64,000 nucleotides of DNA from Naegleria gruberi. Taxonomy: Eukaryota. Position 1 is the stretch's first letter; the number at the start of each line of letters is the position of its first letter. Made by a program: the position numbers and the translations under genes. A model generated the notes under the pieces. It was given only the letters and a program-made list of their open reading frames with translations. It made no database searches and had not been told where the DNA came from. Shown piece after piece: positions 30,101 to 39,791 of the stretch. The stretch lies in assembly GCA_000004985.1 (NCBI GenBank), contig GG738874.1. One strand, written 5' to 3'.

Positions 30101-32037
30101 GATTCGTGGGCTTTGGATATTTGGAGAGTTGATCTATTCTTCTTATCATCATCATTGTCCTGTGCTTCTTCAAATAAATCTCTTGCCAAATTGATTTCCC
30201 ATTTGTATTTTTCCAAATATGAGGCATAGGATCTGAGAAGTGTCTTGTTGGATCGGTTGGCAATCAATAAATTGTCATAGATGGTGTCACATTCATTGTA
30301 AATGGAACAGCTTGTTCTATTGATGTGCTCCAATTTATCAATGGATGGTTTGTCATTCAGTAATTCTTTGAAGAATGATTTGTGACATCTAGATAAGGAT
30401 TTGACTTTCTTTTCAACCACTGCAAGTTTTCTCAAAACTTCAAGATTATTTCCATGGAATGCATGATATTCAATCTCTTCATTTCTCAACATGATGTTGA
30501 ACAATTGAGCTAGTGATGGTGAATTTCTTTGAGCTTTTTGTAAAAGAGCCAAACCAATACTGTATGATTGAGAATCATCATATTCCTCAATTCCACCAAA
30601 TGAAACAAATAATGCACTCACAATCATCAAATCAACATTTTCAATTGATTTCACAAATGTATTCACACTGTGCTTGGCCAAATCAAAATCACTTCCTTCT
30701 TCTGTTTTGAGCTCTGATTTGCAATTCATTGAAAATCGAATGAAGAGTGCCAAATTGTCTTGTCTCTTTTTGGAATCATCCAATGTTAATAAAATATTTG
30801 AACTATCTGCCTTGTTGGAAATTAAATTTCTGATTGATTTCAATTTACGTGAAATGAAAAAGTGAGCACCAATAAAACCAAGAATGAATGAAAGAATGGC
30901 AAGTACACAAGTAACAACAGTCATAATTCCACCAATCACTTGTTGGTCCAATGAAGTTGAAATGAACTGCAAAATTAATGGTGAAATTGGAGTGAATGCT
31001 TTCAATGAAATGAAGGCAATATATAAACAATTCTCCCATTTCCTGAAGAATGGCAATGTTTTCAACATGATTACCAATAATAGTAAATTCATGACAATTT
31101 TCAAAATTGAAGCAATGAATGAATATTGAGATGTGCAAAGAATGGTGGCAACTAAACTCAATTGATTTACCAAATTGAAGAGTATGAATGTTGAAGTTGA
31201 ATACATGGAGAATAAAATCTTTCTATTCAATTCAGCACTTGTTTCAACTGTCAAATAACTTGCAAGCATTGTCAGGACAATATTCAACAGAATACCTATG
31301 CATGCAATGGCCGTAAATATGATTTGTAGCACTGAAGAGAAGTCTTCATTTGGAAAGTAATAGAGTGATCCAATTGAAGAAGTACTTGGAGTAATTAAAA
31401 TACAATGAACTGAGAGCATGAATAAGGAAAAGGTTCTCTGAAATATCAATGAATTCAAAACAAATGATTTGAACTTTTCAAAGAATTTTCCTCCCTTTCT
31501 TGATGCCCATTTACAATAATAAATGGCCAATCCTGTCATGATTTGTAAAACAACAAACAACACAGATAAGGCAACAATAAGATAATAAGGATAGAATTCA
31601 GAGGCCAAATTGAGTGGAAAATACAAAGCTCTCCAAATCCAACCTGGAATCACTCCCCACATCTTGTTAGAAATGCCACTTGTCAATGTTGTTGAGTTAT
31701 CATCCACCAAAGGTGTTGTAATGGAAGAAACAATGATTGAATTATAAATCAAATAGGCATGATAGAATATCATCCAAAAGAACATGTAAGTATTCTCTTT
31801 CCCAATCAATGACTCTTTGGATCTTAGTGTGGTTACAAATGAGAACAAACTAATTCCTGCAGTATTCACTATGCTTTTCCCTGACAAGGAGGAAGCATAC
31901 GAACCAGATGTGGCAGAAGTCCCTCCACCAAACTGAGAATTACTATCACCACCATCATTAGTGGTTCTATTGGGGTGAATAGAGAATTGAGGTTGTGCTA
32001 CTGTCGAACTTGTAACTGGATGTACTCTTGACGCCAT
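27145..32037 (-). CDS. Transmembrane class III adenylyl/guanylyl cyclase (1630 aa): two multi-TM blocks, PAS domain, C-terminal cyclase catalytic domain
   Basis: Single ORF with ATG at 32037. About 12 hydrophobic helices in residues 60-400 and again near 700-760 and 880-1010. PAS-like MFGHSRSQVLGLSIQSLFTDEYSQRITKLI...ILIVFVRDITPEKKQ. Catalytic ITVFFSDMVGFTAWSS...VDKIKTIGDAYFCVSGLH...INLRIGLHTGDAVGGVIG...YDLWGDTINTASRMES carries the metal-binding D, transition-state N/R and GDxY motifs of class III cyclases. Confidence 0.9.
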   Translation of the reverse strand: MASRVHPVTSSTVAQPQFSIHPNRTTNDGGDSNSQFGGGTSATSGSYASSLSGKSIVNTAGISLFSFVTTLRSKESLIGKENTYMFFWMIFYHAYLIYNSIIVSSITTPLVDDNSTTLTSGISNKMWGVIPGWIWRALYFPLNLASEFYPYYLIVALSVLFVVLQIMTGLAIYYCKWASRKGGKFFEKFKSFVLNSLIFQRTFSLFMLSVHCILITPSTSSIGSLYYFPNEDFSSVLQIIFTAIACIGILLNIVLTMLASYLTVETSAELNRKILFSMYSTSTFILFNLVNQLSLVATILCTSQYSFIASILKIVMNLLLLVIMLKTLPFFRKWENCLYIAFISLKAFTPISPLILQFISTSLDQQVIGGIMTVVTCVLAILSFILGFIGAHFFISRKLKSIRNLISNKADSSNILLTLDDSKKRQDNLALFIRFSMNCKSELKTEEGSDFDLAKHSVNTFVKSIENVDLMIVSALFVSFGGIEEYDDSQSYSIGLALLQKAQRNSPSLAQLFNIMLRNEEIEYHAFHGNNLEVLRKLAVVEKKVKSLSRCHKSFFKELLNDKPSIDKLEHINRTSCSIYNECDTIYDNLLIANRSNKTLLRSYASYLEKYKWEINLARDLFEEAQDNDDDKKNRSTLQISKAHESFHKGTTSRFSIDSQRANLENWDSVSVTAEDNEDRKDHILRTAINTPMSTVVYSVLFFIFCVVSLSTICIVAPIAFSFSQSINQRMSMQEKVCLMTSVPYKLLAQIGALQTEFYSRGNNTEKLLNSTIIYTKTLLDTVGTVIYAGDNNLLMPEVAKEYLKNQYDLKLPIANESLDGTSDIPGYKSTNTSIQFYLSSILTHGKTLLKQFNNIEVLTSHLDDNYPYLFLFYNRISMSLAFNGLCSKFVEESIDVLEANFEQLWITVISVLTTYLLIVMIYFSIIFVHARRIVTELREVFRRIAKDEVGKVYHNFDKKIDDSISSSNSFFKMRNLVMMGSFVLVIIVCLCSVLVVVELQSNTKNSSQSMNVVGSINAVSLRTSRTNFRLLWYFQRVKYLTTLPLIFNEENKQDLLDLRTYWNYVIVGDESTSYQSAVVGKYQDVDYILGDFCNDTIPMEDPCHSLTIALTDYITKSLDYNEVFFGQQKSMTQMVTAYFTDIFYITQTITTNLQLLISTLVEHEKISSIGLTASMIVLCFVATLLYALICYSSLKRYWKERACLRMMLNYVNLELIDNNLILKDYVMSNSIPSSSKITKLMSKFEMSSDEKEDKIEMVKTILNGGVDSAIICDKDGNITIFNNSAEEMFGHSRSQVLGLSIQSLFTDEYSQRITKLISTGESHDAFEAMALRKNKTSFSSKVSVSISIHEKKQILIVFVRDITPEKKQSILIAEEKKKSEDLLLNILPMSMASRLKNGEENLYEKVNDITVFFSDMVGFTAWSSKLQPSELVQILNLIVQGFDKLTEVHLVDKIKTIGDAYFCVSGLHSSKSSDHPERMLRFAIEIMSFLKNINQSNNTAINLRIGLHTGDAVGGVIGFKKFAYDLWGDTINTASRMESTSLPGRIQISRSTYGRVYDLFEFEERMVEVKGKGLSQTYLLKEKHHENPLGCDLEVSYHTPSSSNKLVEQEQQELKNYYENSVIDESEKK

Positions 32038-32659
32038 TTGTTTTTAAACTGATAAATTGACTAGATTGAGTTTTGCACCCTTACTTCATAAGTTATTTAA
32101 TGTCGTACTGTCTTTTCTTATTATCTTGTGATTGTCCAATGGTATATTTATCAAATAAGGACACTAAGATTCTGATTTAAAGCGAATGTTTCGAGCTTTT
32201 TTGGTATGATGGTTCCGAAGGGAGATATGCATCATGATAATTTGTTGTGAAGTGTTGTTACATGGCCACAATATTGAATTGTAAAAAGCTAGATCGTATG
32301 AAGTGAATCTAGCTTGTCAACACTTGTTCATTTTGTTTGGAAGGTATGGCTTTTAATTTATAATAATTGATGATTCATGATGTATTGTCTTCCGATCAAT
32401 GGTTTACTGATTTCCAATTTCTGATCAGACTTGTTTTTGCCTTTTTACTATTTAATACCACACTACTTTTTGATATCTTTGTTCGCAATATTTCTTACTT
32501 CATCAACTTAAGAAGAAAACCCATGATTTAACCACAAACAAAGAACTCATAATTTTGTTTTTTTTGAATCATGCTTTTAAAAGTAACGGATGGTTGGCGG
32601 GAAATAACAAGCAAAAATAATTGTTGTCCACACAAATTGCAATCTTTCATATTAAAAAA

Positions 32660-34105
32660 ATGGTAAACAAGAAACTGGCGTTTAGTTTGATAATTTTACT
32701 CCTGTCACTGATCACGGTTTCATGTACAACTGCAATTTTCAATCTTCCATACACTACCATATCAACATCAAATTCCTTTTCGTTTCCTAAAGCAACCGAT
32801 TCTTGTTCTTTAATTGTTTCATTTAATAGAACTTTATCCGAAGCTTTACTTTTCACAATGAACAAATATTCAACTTTTGATTATAAGAATCTTCTTCCTG
32901 ACTCTTCATTTTCCTTGCTGGGTGTTTATGAAATTATATTGAGAGCTGATTATTTGGATTTTGAAGAACTTTCGTTTGACTTGAGTTGTCAAAATGGAAT
33001 TACGAACGTTAGCCCACAGAATATGCGTATTTATACACTAGAGTCTGGTAATATCTTTAAAGATACAAATTCCTATGCTTCTATTCCAACAAATATTGTT
33101 TACTCAACCAGTTTTCAATCAAATTCAAGTTATTCAAAAATTATTGGATTTGCTGGAAAAGTTGATAGTGGAATTGCAATTATTGGATATGTTAGTAATT
33201 TCTTTGGACCTTATGAATTTAAATATCGATTAAAAATTGATTCAAATGTTCAAACAGTTGAAGCACTAACTCTTTCCTTACCAAATATTCCTCCACAATT
33301 GATACCTTATGGACTCTTACTTGATTATACTGGATTTTATTATGATTCTAATGGATATACTTCACTGTATGCATTTAGTGTTAGTAGCAGTGGTGTTACT
33401 CTTCCTAATTTTAAAGGGGCTACTTTACAATATTCATTCCAAGATGGAAATACTTTTAGAGATGTGAAAGGAAATGCAATTCAAATTTTAAAGAGTTCTC
33501 TTGCATGTTTTATCTCAGCTGATGGATATTCCTTTACAAAGATAGTTTCTACTGTTACATCTACAGCATTGACATGTAGTGGCTTTTCAAATGTTCAATA
33601 TATTGCAATCGCTGCTACACCAGCAGTTGCAGGTGCTAGTAGTAGTTCAGGATCAAAGGGTTCAGCCATTCAAATGTACAGTGGAAATTATGTCTATACC
33701 AATACGATTTATTCGAAAGTTTATTACGAAATTAATGTGGAATCAGGAAAGACTTTGACATTGAGTAGTATTTCATTAAATACAAAATCTAATGGAAATG
33801 CATACATTACCATTGATTCAGGAGGAGATAGTAGCACTATGGAATTTATTTTCTCAACAACACAACTTTTCAGCTTGACTTATACGAATTACAACAGTTA
33901 TTCGAAAACAATTTATGTTTCAGTTGAACCTTCTTCCAGTTCAACTAACATTTCATTTTTACCTTACATTTCAGATTATTACAATGTTTGGTCCTATCGA
34001 CTACCTGTTATCATTACTGTTTTGGTAATTATTCCATGTTTCACCTTATTTACCATCATTACTGTCATGATAACCATCAAGAAAAATTCACGTCAATCAC
34101 AGTGA
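32660..34105 (+). CDS. Type I membrane glycoprotein (signal peptide, S/T/N/Y-rich ectodomain, single C-terminal TM + short basic tail), hypothetical surface protein
   Basis: ORF 32621..34105 (track start is TTG). First ATG at 32660 gives MVNKKLAFSLIILLLSLITVSC signal. C-terminal LPVIITVLVIIPCFTLFTIITVMITIKKNSRQSQ. Confidence 0.5.
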   Translation: MVNKKLAFSLIILLLSLITVSCTTAIFNLPYTTISTSNSFSFPKATDSCSLIVSFNRTLSEALLFTMNKYSTFDYKNLLPDSSFSLLGVYEIILRADYLDFEELSFDLSCQNGITNVSPQNMRIYTLESGNIFKDTNSYASIPTNIVYSTSFQSNSSYSKIIGFAGKVDSGIAIIGYVSNFFGPYEFKYRLKIDSNVQTVEALTLSLPNIPPQLIPYGLLLDYTGFYYDSNGYTSLYAFSVSSSGVTLPNFKGATLQYSFQDGNTFRDVKGNAIQILKSSLACFISADGYSFTKIVSTVTSTALTCSGFSNVQYIAIAATPAVAGASSSSGSKGSAIQMYSGNYVYTNTIYSKVYYEINVESGKTLTLSSISLNTKSNGNAYITIDSGGDSSTMEFIFSTTQLFSLTYTNYNSYSKTIYVSVEPSSSSTNISFLPYISDYYNVWSYRLPVIITVLVIIPCFTLFTIITVMITIKKNSRQSQ

Positions 34106-34190
34106 AATCAACTAAACTTTACAATTATCTAAAAATAAATACAGGTTCAGTTGACTATCTCGTTGTTTTAAATGAAAAGACATAAAAAAA

Positions 34191-35617
34191 ATGTTTGCAA
34201 AATTAAGCTCAGGATCTTTTAATTCAGTTAATTTTAGAGAGGTTTTGAATTCTGGGAAACTACCATCTAGTTCTTCAATTACATATGAAGGAATTATGAA
34301 GGAATATTTCTATCGGACAGGAATGAAAGTTTCGGATCAATTATTGGAAAGCGCCTATTCGGTTGCCATTGATCATGATCCAATTACTTTGGAAAAACAA
34401 ATTCATTTGGCTTTAGGTCTTCACAGTTGTAAAGATGGAAAGAATGAAAGAAAGGATTTAAATTTGGTGGTATGTGAAATATATTTAATATTTATTTTAT
34501 AATATTTTACAAAATATTAAAGATTGTTTTGGATATCAGTGGATCCATGTCAAGTTCCATGTCTGGAAAGGGTTCAGAATCAAAAATGAAAGTTGCCAAC
34601 AAAGTAATTTGTGAAATAATTGATAATTTGAAAGATTTTGAAAGATTGGGAATTGTTTTATTTGATGATAAGGCAGAAACTTTTTTACCATTAACTATAG
34701 TTCAAGATTTAGAAAAGAAATCACTTAAAGAGAGGGTAATGAAGATTACTGAGAAGGGATCAACAAATTTTGAAGCTGGAATGAAAAGAGGAATTGATCT
34801 TTTTTCTACAATGGATTCGTCTGATTTATCCAATTCGAATAGAATTATTTACTTGACAGATGCTTGCCCAAATGTTGGAGGAACAGACAGTCTTGATGTT
34901 CTCACAAAAGATGCTAACAGTGGACCTTATGGAATTCTTTCAACTTTTATTGGAATTGGTTTAGATTTCAATTCTGAAATTGTTGAAGAATTGACCAAAG
35001 TTCGTGGTTGTAATTATTTCTCAGTTAAATCCTCTGAAGAATTTAAAAAGATTTTGAATGAAGATTTCAATTATATTGTAACACCAATTTGTTACAATGT
35101 CAAATTGACACTTGAATCAAAAGATTATGAAATTGAGAAATGTTTTGGAACCAATATGGCTGAGCAAGCAACAGGTGAGATTATGAAATTAGATTCATGC
35201 TCAGCTGGTCAATTGGATGAAAGAGGTGTTAAAGGTGGGATTGTTTTATTGAGATTGAAACAAAAAAGTCAACCAATTGAGGATTCTATCATTAAATTGA
35301 CACTTTCATATGAAAATGAGGAGGGAAAGAAATTTAGACAAGAAAAACAAGTCACAATTAAAACTGATCTTGATGGAAACTTGTATGAAACCAATGGAAT
35401 TAGAAAGGCTGTAGCCTTGGTGAGATATGTAGAAATTGTGAAGGATTATTTGGACAAGAAGGGAAACCAACACTCAAAATCAAATACATCTCCAGAATGG
35501 AATTCTAAATTTTTACAATTATCAGAAATTTTTACCAATGAAATGAATGAAATAGGAGATGAACTAATGAAGCAAGAGCTTGAAGTTATCAACAAACTAA
35601 TTTACTATTCCAAGTGA
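34191..35617 (+). CDS. von Willebrand factor A (vWA) domain protein, 2 exons: 34191..34469 and 34523..35617. Intron 34470..34522 (gtatgt...attaaag, 53 nt).
   Basis: Exon 1 ends KDLNLV|. Exon 2 begins IVLDISGSMSS (MIDAS DxSxS) and continues ...GSTNFEAGMKRGIDLF...IIYLTDACPNVGG, a vWA fold, followed by a ~200-aa C-terminal domain. Phase 0. Confidence 0.75.
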
Positions 35618-36292
35618 TTGTTTCAATAAATTCCATCGAGTTTAAATTATGACTGATGCTGCCAATAGACCTCATCTTCCAGTAATTGACATCTGGATCG
35701 ATTTCATCCTCAATGGTAACTATTATGCTTCACTTAATATTTTCATCTATGTGAAGATATTTCAGATTTCCTCATAGATATTCCTCCACAATAAAGTTTC
35801 AATGCTCGGTTTTATCACCTCTAACTAATTCCCCAGAACATGACACTTTCATATGAAAACTTTGCAAACATCTTTCACTAAATAAGGAAATATCAGGTAG
35901 CATATATTTCAATTTTGATGGGAAAGGAATTAATTCCTTCAATAATAATAAATAAATTAATCCAAATGTGTCCTCCACTCGTAGATCATTCTTGAATAAT
36001 TCCCAATCATGATTGCTTTTAGAATTTCAATTTTTTGTTTCATAGAAAATTCCTCAGATGGTGCATTCGAGTGGAAAGAAACTTTCTCCTGGTGAAAGCA
36101 TAACAATCTTCTCATCAAAATTGCATGTTGTACTTTCGGTAGAAATGTTAGACGAAAGAAGAACTAAAATTGTCAAAAATGTGGTGAGTTGTTTTTGCAT
36201 TTTTTTAAAGAACACAAAATTTTGTTGGACTTTGAAATAAATAACAAAAATACTTGTTATCACTAACAAATTACAGCAAAAAAAAACCAACA

Positions 36293-37207
36293 ATGACCAT
36301 TGGAAAGAATAACCGCGTTTCAGAAGATGGCTCCTTTCACTCCAAACCATTATCCCCATCTTCATCCTCCTCTTCTTCATCTACCATTAAAACATCAAAG
36401 ACATCAAAAAAAGACAAGCAACAATCAAAGGCCAGGAAAATTGGTAAATATAAAAGTTTGGCTTTAAAAATCAAATCAGATTGGGAACCACTTCTTCATA
36501 AAGTGATAGAGTCTTTCTGTCAAGACGACTCTTCTTTAACAAATTACGGTGCACCAAGTTGTTTCTATGCTCAATTTAGTTTGTTCAGTGCTCAAGATAA
36601 GAGTAATAACAGTGATCAAATTTTCATCTTGAACAGGAGAAGTAAATCGAAAATATATGCCCCATCAGCAGAAAAATGTTGGTTTTTCCTTGTGAGAGGC
36701 AATGAACTCGACAAACCCTACGAATGCACGCAAGATAAGACAGTTGGACATTATTTTGTTCAAGATGAATGGATACAGCATGGTACTGGTGAAGAGTGTA
36801 AATTAGGATTTGTGGTTAAATATCAAAACGATTTGTACATACATGTGGTGAGTGAGCTAACTTTCATGGGAGTGATTGAGAATATTGGTAAGGTGAGAGA
36901 AAATACAAACTATTGTAATGTTAAAGAGTATGAACCTGATGAAATGTTAAATCTAAAACAGAAACCAACTATGAATGAATTATACCCCTCTCTGAAATAT
37001 TGCAATGCTGAAGAATTGACACAGGAAGATGTAAATGAGAGTCAGCTTGATAAACATATTCAAGGTTTCATAGATCACTTTTGGAAAGGTCGACAAATCA
37101 AACCTTCATTTGAATTATTTAAGAAGGAGATTAAATCCTTGGCCAACTCAATGCTAGAGAAGGATTCAGAGAAAGAGTCTGGCTACGAAACTGAGGATCA
37201 AGATTGA
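36293..37207 (+). CDS. Hypothetical protein (305 aa), S-rich N-terminus, no recognisable domain
   Basis: ORF 36254..37207 (track start TTG). First ATG at 36293 (MTIGKNNRV...). Confidence 0.45.
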   Translation: MTIGKNNRVSEDGSFHSKPLSPSSSSSSSSTIKTSKTSKKDKQQSKARKIGKYKSLALKIKSDWEPLLHKVIESFCQDDSSLTNYGAPSCFYAQFSLFSAQDKSNNSDQIFILNRRSKSKIYAPSAEKCWFFLVRGNELDKPYECTQDKTVGHYFVQDEWIQHGTGEECKLGFVVKYQNDLYIHVVSELTFMGVIENIGKVRENTNYCNVKEYEPDEMLNLKQKPTMNELYPSLKYCNAEELTQEDVNESQLDKHIQGFIDHFWKGRQIKPSFELFKKEIKSLANSMLEKDSEKESGYETEDQD

Positions 37208-38219
37208 ATCATAATCCCGAATCTCTCAATAGATGAGTAAATAATAATTTACTATTCATGAATAATATTAAAACTTTATTAAATAGAGATGGTTGTAATG
37301 TTTGGAGTGTCCAATTTGTTAGAATTTCTATTCAATGAAGATCACACATTAAAATGGTGCAACTACTAATAAAAACTCCAACAATGGGACACTCAAACAT
37401 GACAGCCATCGAGTGTGTTTGTTCTTTTTTCAAAATCAAGAGTGAATTGGTCTCAATACAACTCTTTTTTGGTCTCAAAATAAAATTCCTTTTTGAGCAC
37501 TTTTTAACACAACACTGGAAATACTCATCCATCTCATATTTGATCTAGATTAAGATAAAAACTCAGATAAATTTGATTAACAAAAGGTTGACTGAGAGTT
37601 TACAATTTTAAATGTACTCAGCAAGGCATCCACTTTCAAAGTTGTCAAAAAAGACATTTGACTTGCAGGTCCATACCTCAATAGAGATATCGATCTCATC
37701 ATTTGGTCACCACACCACCAACCTCAATCCACTCTAGTTCTCCACCTTCATTCTTGTTATCTTCCCACTCACGAACCATCACAAAACGTGAGGAAGGAAA
37801 TGCCGTATTCGTTTTTGGCGGCAATTTTTCTCACGCTTGAATCAAAACAAGCTAAAAATAAAACAAAACATTTAAATCAGAGTTTCATCATCAGAACAAA
37901 ATTCACAAACAAACAGCAACGGATTGTTACGTTTATTTTAGATCAAGAAACAGCAGCAACAATAGAAAAGATTTTGATCAGTTAATTTAAAAGATTTTTA
38001 ATTATCATCATCAAATAGGAGGATTTAATTATTAAACAATAATATATACACGTGGAAGTATTAATTTGCCTTGACTATTACTACCGACGATATTTATTAA
38101 AATCATTATCATTGAGACTTGTTTTGGTTTGATTGTTGATAAGGACAAGTTCAAGGCACTCTTCATCATCACAACTACTTGTGAATATTCTCTTGTAAAA
38201 GAATCAACATAATAACAAA

Positions 38220-39780
38220 ATGCTTACATTACCAGTAGAGCCGGGCTATAGCATGGGAAGTTTTAGGATTGGAATGCCCATTTCCGAAGCTATTCAGCAT
38301 TTGAAACAGTATGTGGATCAAATGGTCAAGTTTTTCCAAAACAAACAAGCTGCCAGTGAATTGGTAATGATTCAAAGTAATTCTTCATCATCAAATAATG
38401 CTGAGGTAAATGTTCCTTCATATTCTATAGTGAGTTTGGATGATAAACCAAATGCTGTGGAAATTTTGTACAATGAAAAGGATCCTCTGAATAATGATAC
38501 TATTGTGAAAATTGTTGAGGAAGATATTGTATTATATTTCGAGTCAAAAACACAACGATTGAAGTTAATTCAAATCAATAACGTTAAAAAAGTTAAATTA
38601 TCATATGGTGCTAGCATATTTAGTGGTCCGAATGTTGATGCTAGTTTTGTAAAGTAAGTACTATTCACAATTTATTAACAAAATTCTCATCAATATCTTT
38701 CTATTTAAATAATATTTCTTTAATAATAACAATAGTATTTATAATGTATTCGGTCCAACTTATCCAGGCGAGTTTGACACAAAATCAAACACGTACAAGT
38801 TGACTTATCCTGGTCTGACTTTTGTATTCCCAATCCCTCCAATGTTTTCTCATTTGTACTCAGATGGTAAAGAGTTACCAATTGAATTCCCAAATAATAC
38901 CACTCCAATAGCCACCACCATTTATCTTTTCCATGGTCATGATCTTGCAAAACCCAAACTACCTCCTGTAAAATCAGAATGTACTACCAACATTACAAAT
39001 GGATCAAATTCTAAAAATAAGGAAGAAAATAGGAAGAGAATTGATTCAGCTACTCCTGACAGTTATTACGAGCCAATTATTGTCAATCTTGGAAGGGGCA
39101 TTGAATTATCTTACTCAAAGAAGAAAATCAAATTTGGTTATTCAACTCAAGATGTTTTAATGATTCTTGGAGCTCCAGATAAGATTTATTACAAGAGGAA
39201 TGACAAGTTGAGAATTCACGCTATAGGAGCAGGCCAATCTGTAAATGGACGTTTACTCTCTGAAAAGGAAGAAGTTGCCCAACCAACAGAGCACACTAAT
39301 GGATACGAAAGAGTTCTTCAACGTGACAACTCCCTTAATACCATATTGGCACCATCAACTAATAATAGATCCAAGCAAACTGTTGGAAATGACTATTTTT
39401 ATAATTATTTTAGTATGGGCTTTGACATTATGTTTGGAGGAAATACACACACAGTACAAAAGATAATGCTTCACACTAACTTCCCTGGCAGTGTTGATTT
39501 TAATACGTACTCTAAATGTAACTTCTCCATTCCAGTGTCACAATTCGAATTTCAAGAGAAGAGGGAAAATCAATTTATTGGTCCAGATGAAAAGTTTTCC
39601 AATGTTCAAAAGATACTTGATGGCACTCCTTGTAGCAAACCAATTGTTCATGACCACACCAAAGCTAATAATCCATTTGGAGGAACCAAATTCTTTGCTT
39701 TTAGAAATTGTATATTTGAAGTGATTAGTAGAAATGATCATATTAATTCATTGACCTTATTTAAGGATGAAAACAGCTAG
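38220..39780 (+). CDS. UPF0183 family protein (PHAF1/C16orf70 homolog), 2 exons: 38220..38653 and 38736..39780. Intron 38654..38735 (gtaagt...acaatag, 82 nt).
   Basis: MLTLPVEPGYSMGSFRIGMPISEAIQHLKQ aligns to human PHAF1 MLDLEVVPERSLG...FTLGMPLAQAVAIL. KIVEEDIVLYFESKTQRLKLIQINNVKKVKLSY to [81 protein letters not shown] to [49 protein letters not shown]. Splice phase 2. Confidence 0.8.
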
Positions 39781-39791
39781 CAATAAACTGT

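Noticed and set aside
30513-31138. Several 60-100 aa ORFs on both strands inside the cyclase gene
   Set aside because: Nested within a continuous 1630-aa ORF with clear domain content. They are alternative frames.
36058-36380. ORFs 36058..36240 (+) and 36054..36380 (-) upstream of the 36293 gene
   Set aside because: I tried to splice 36058..36177 (donor gtgagt) to the 36254 ORF, but no phase-compatible acceptor exists. Hydrophobic/AT-rich translation without homology. Likely intergenic or 5' UTR.
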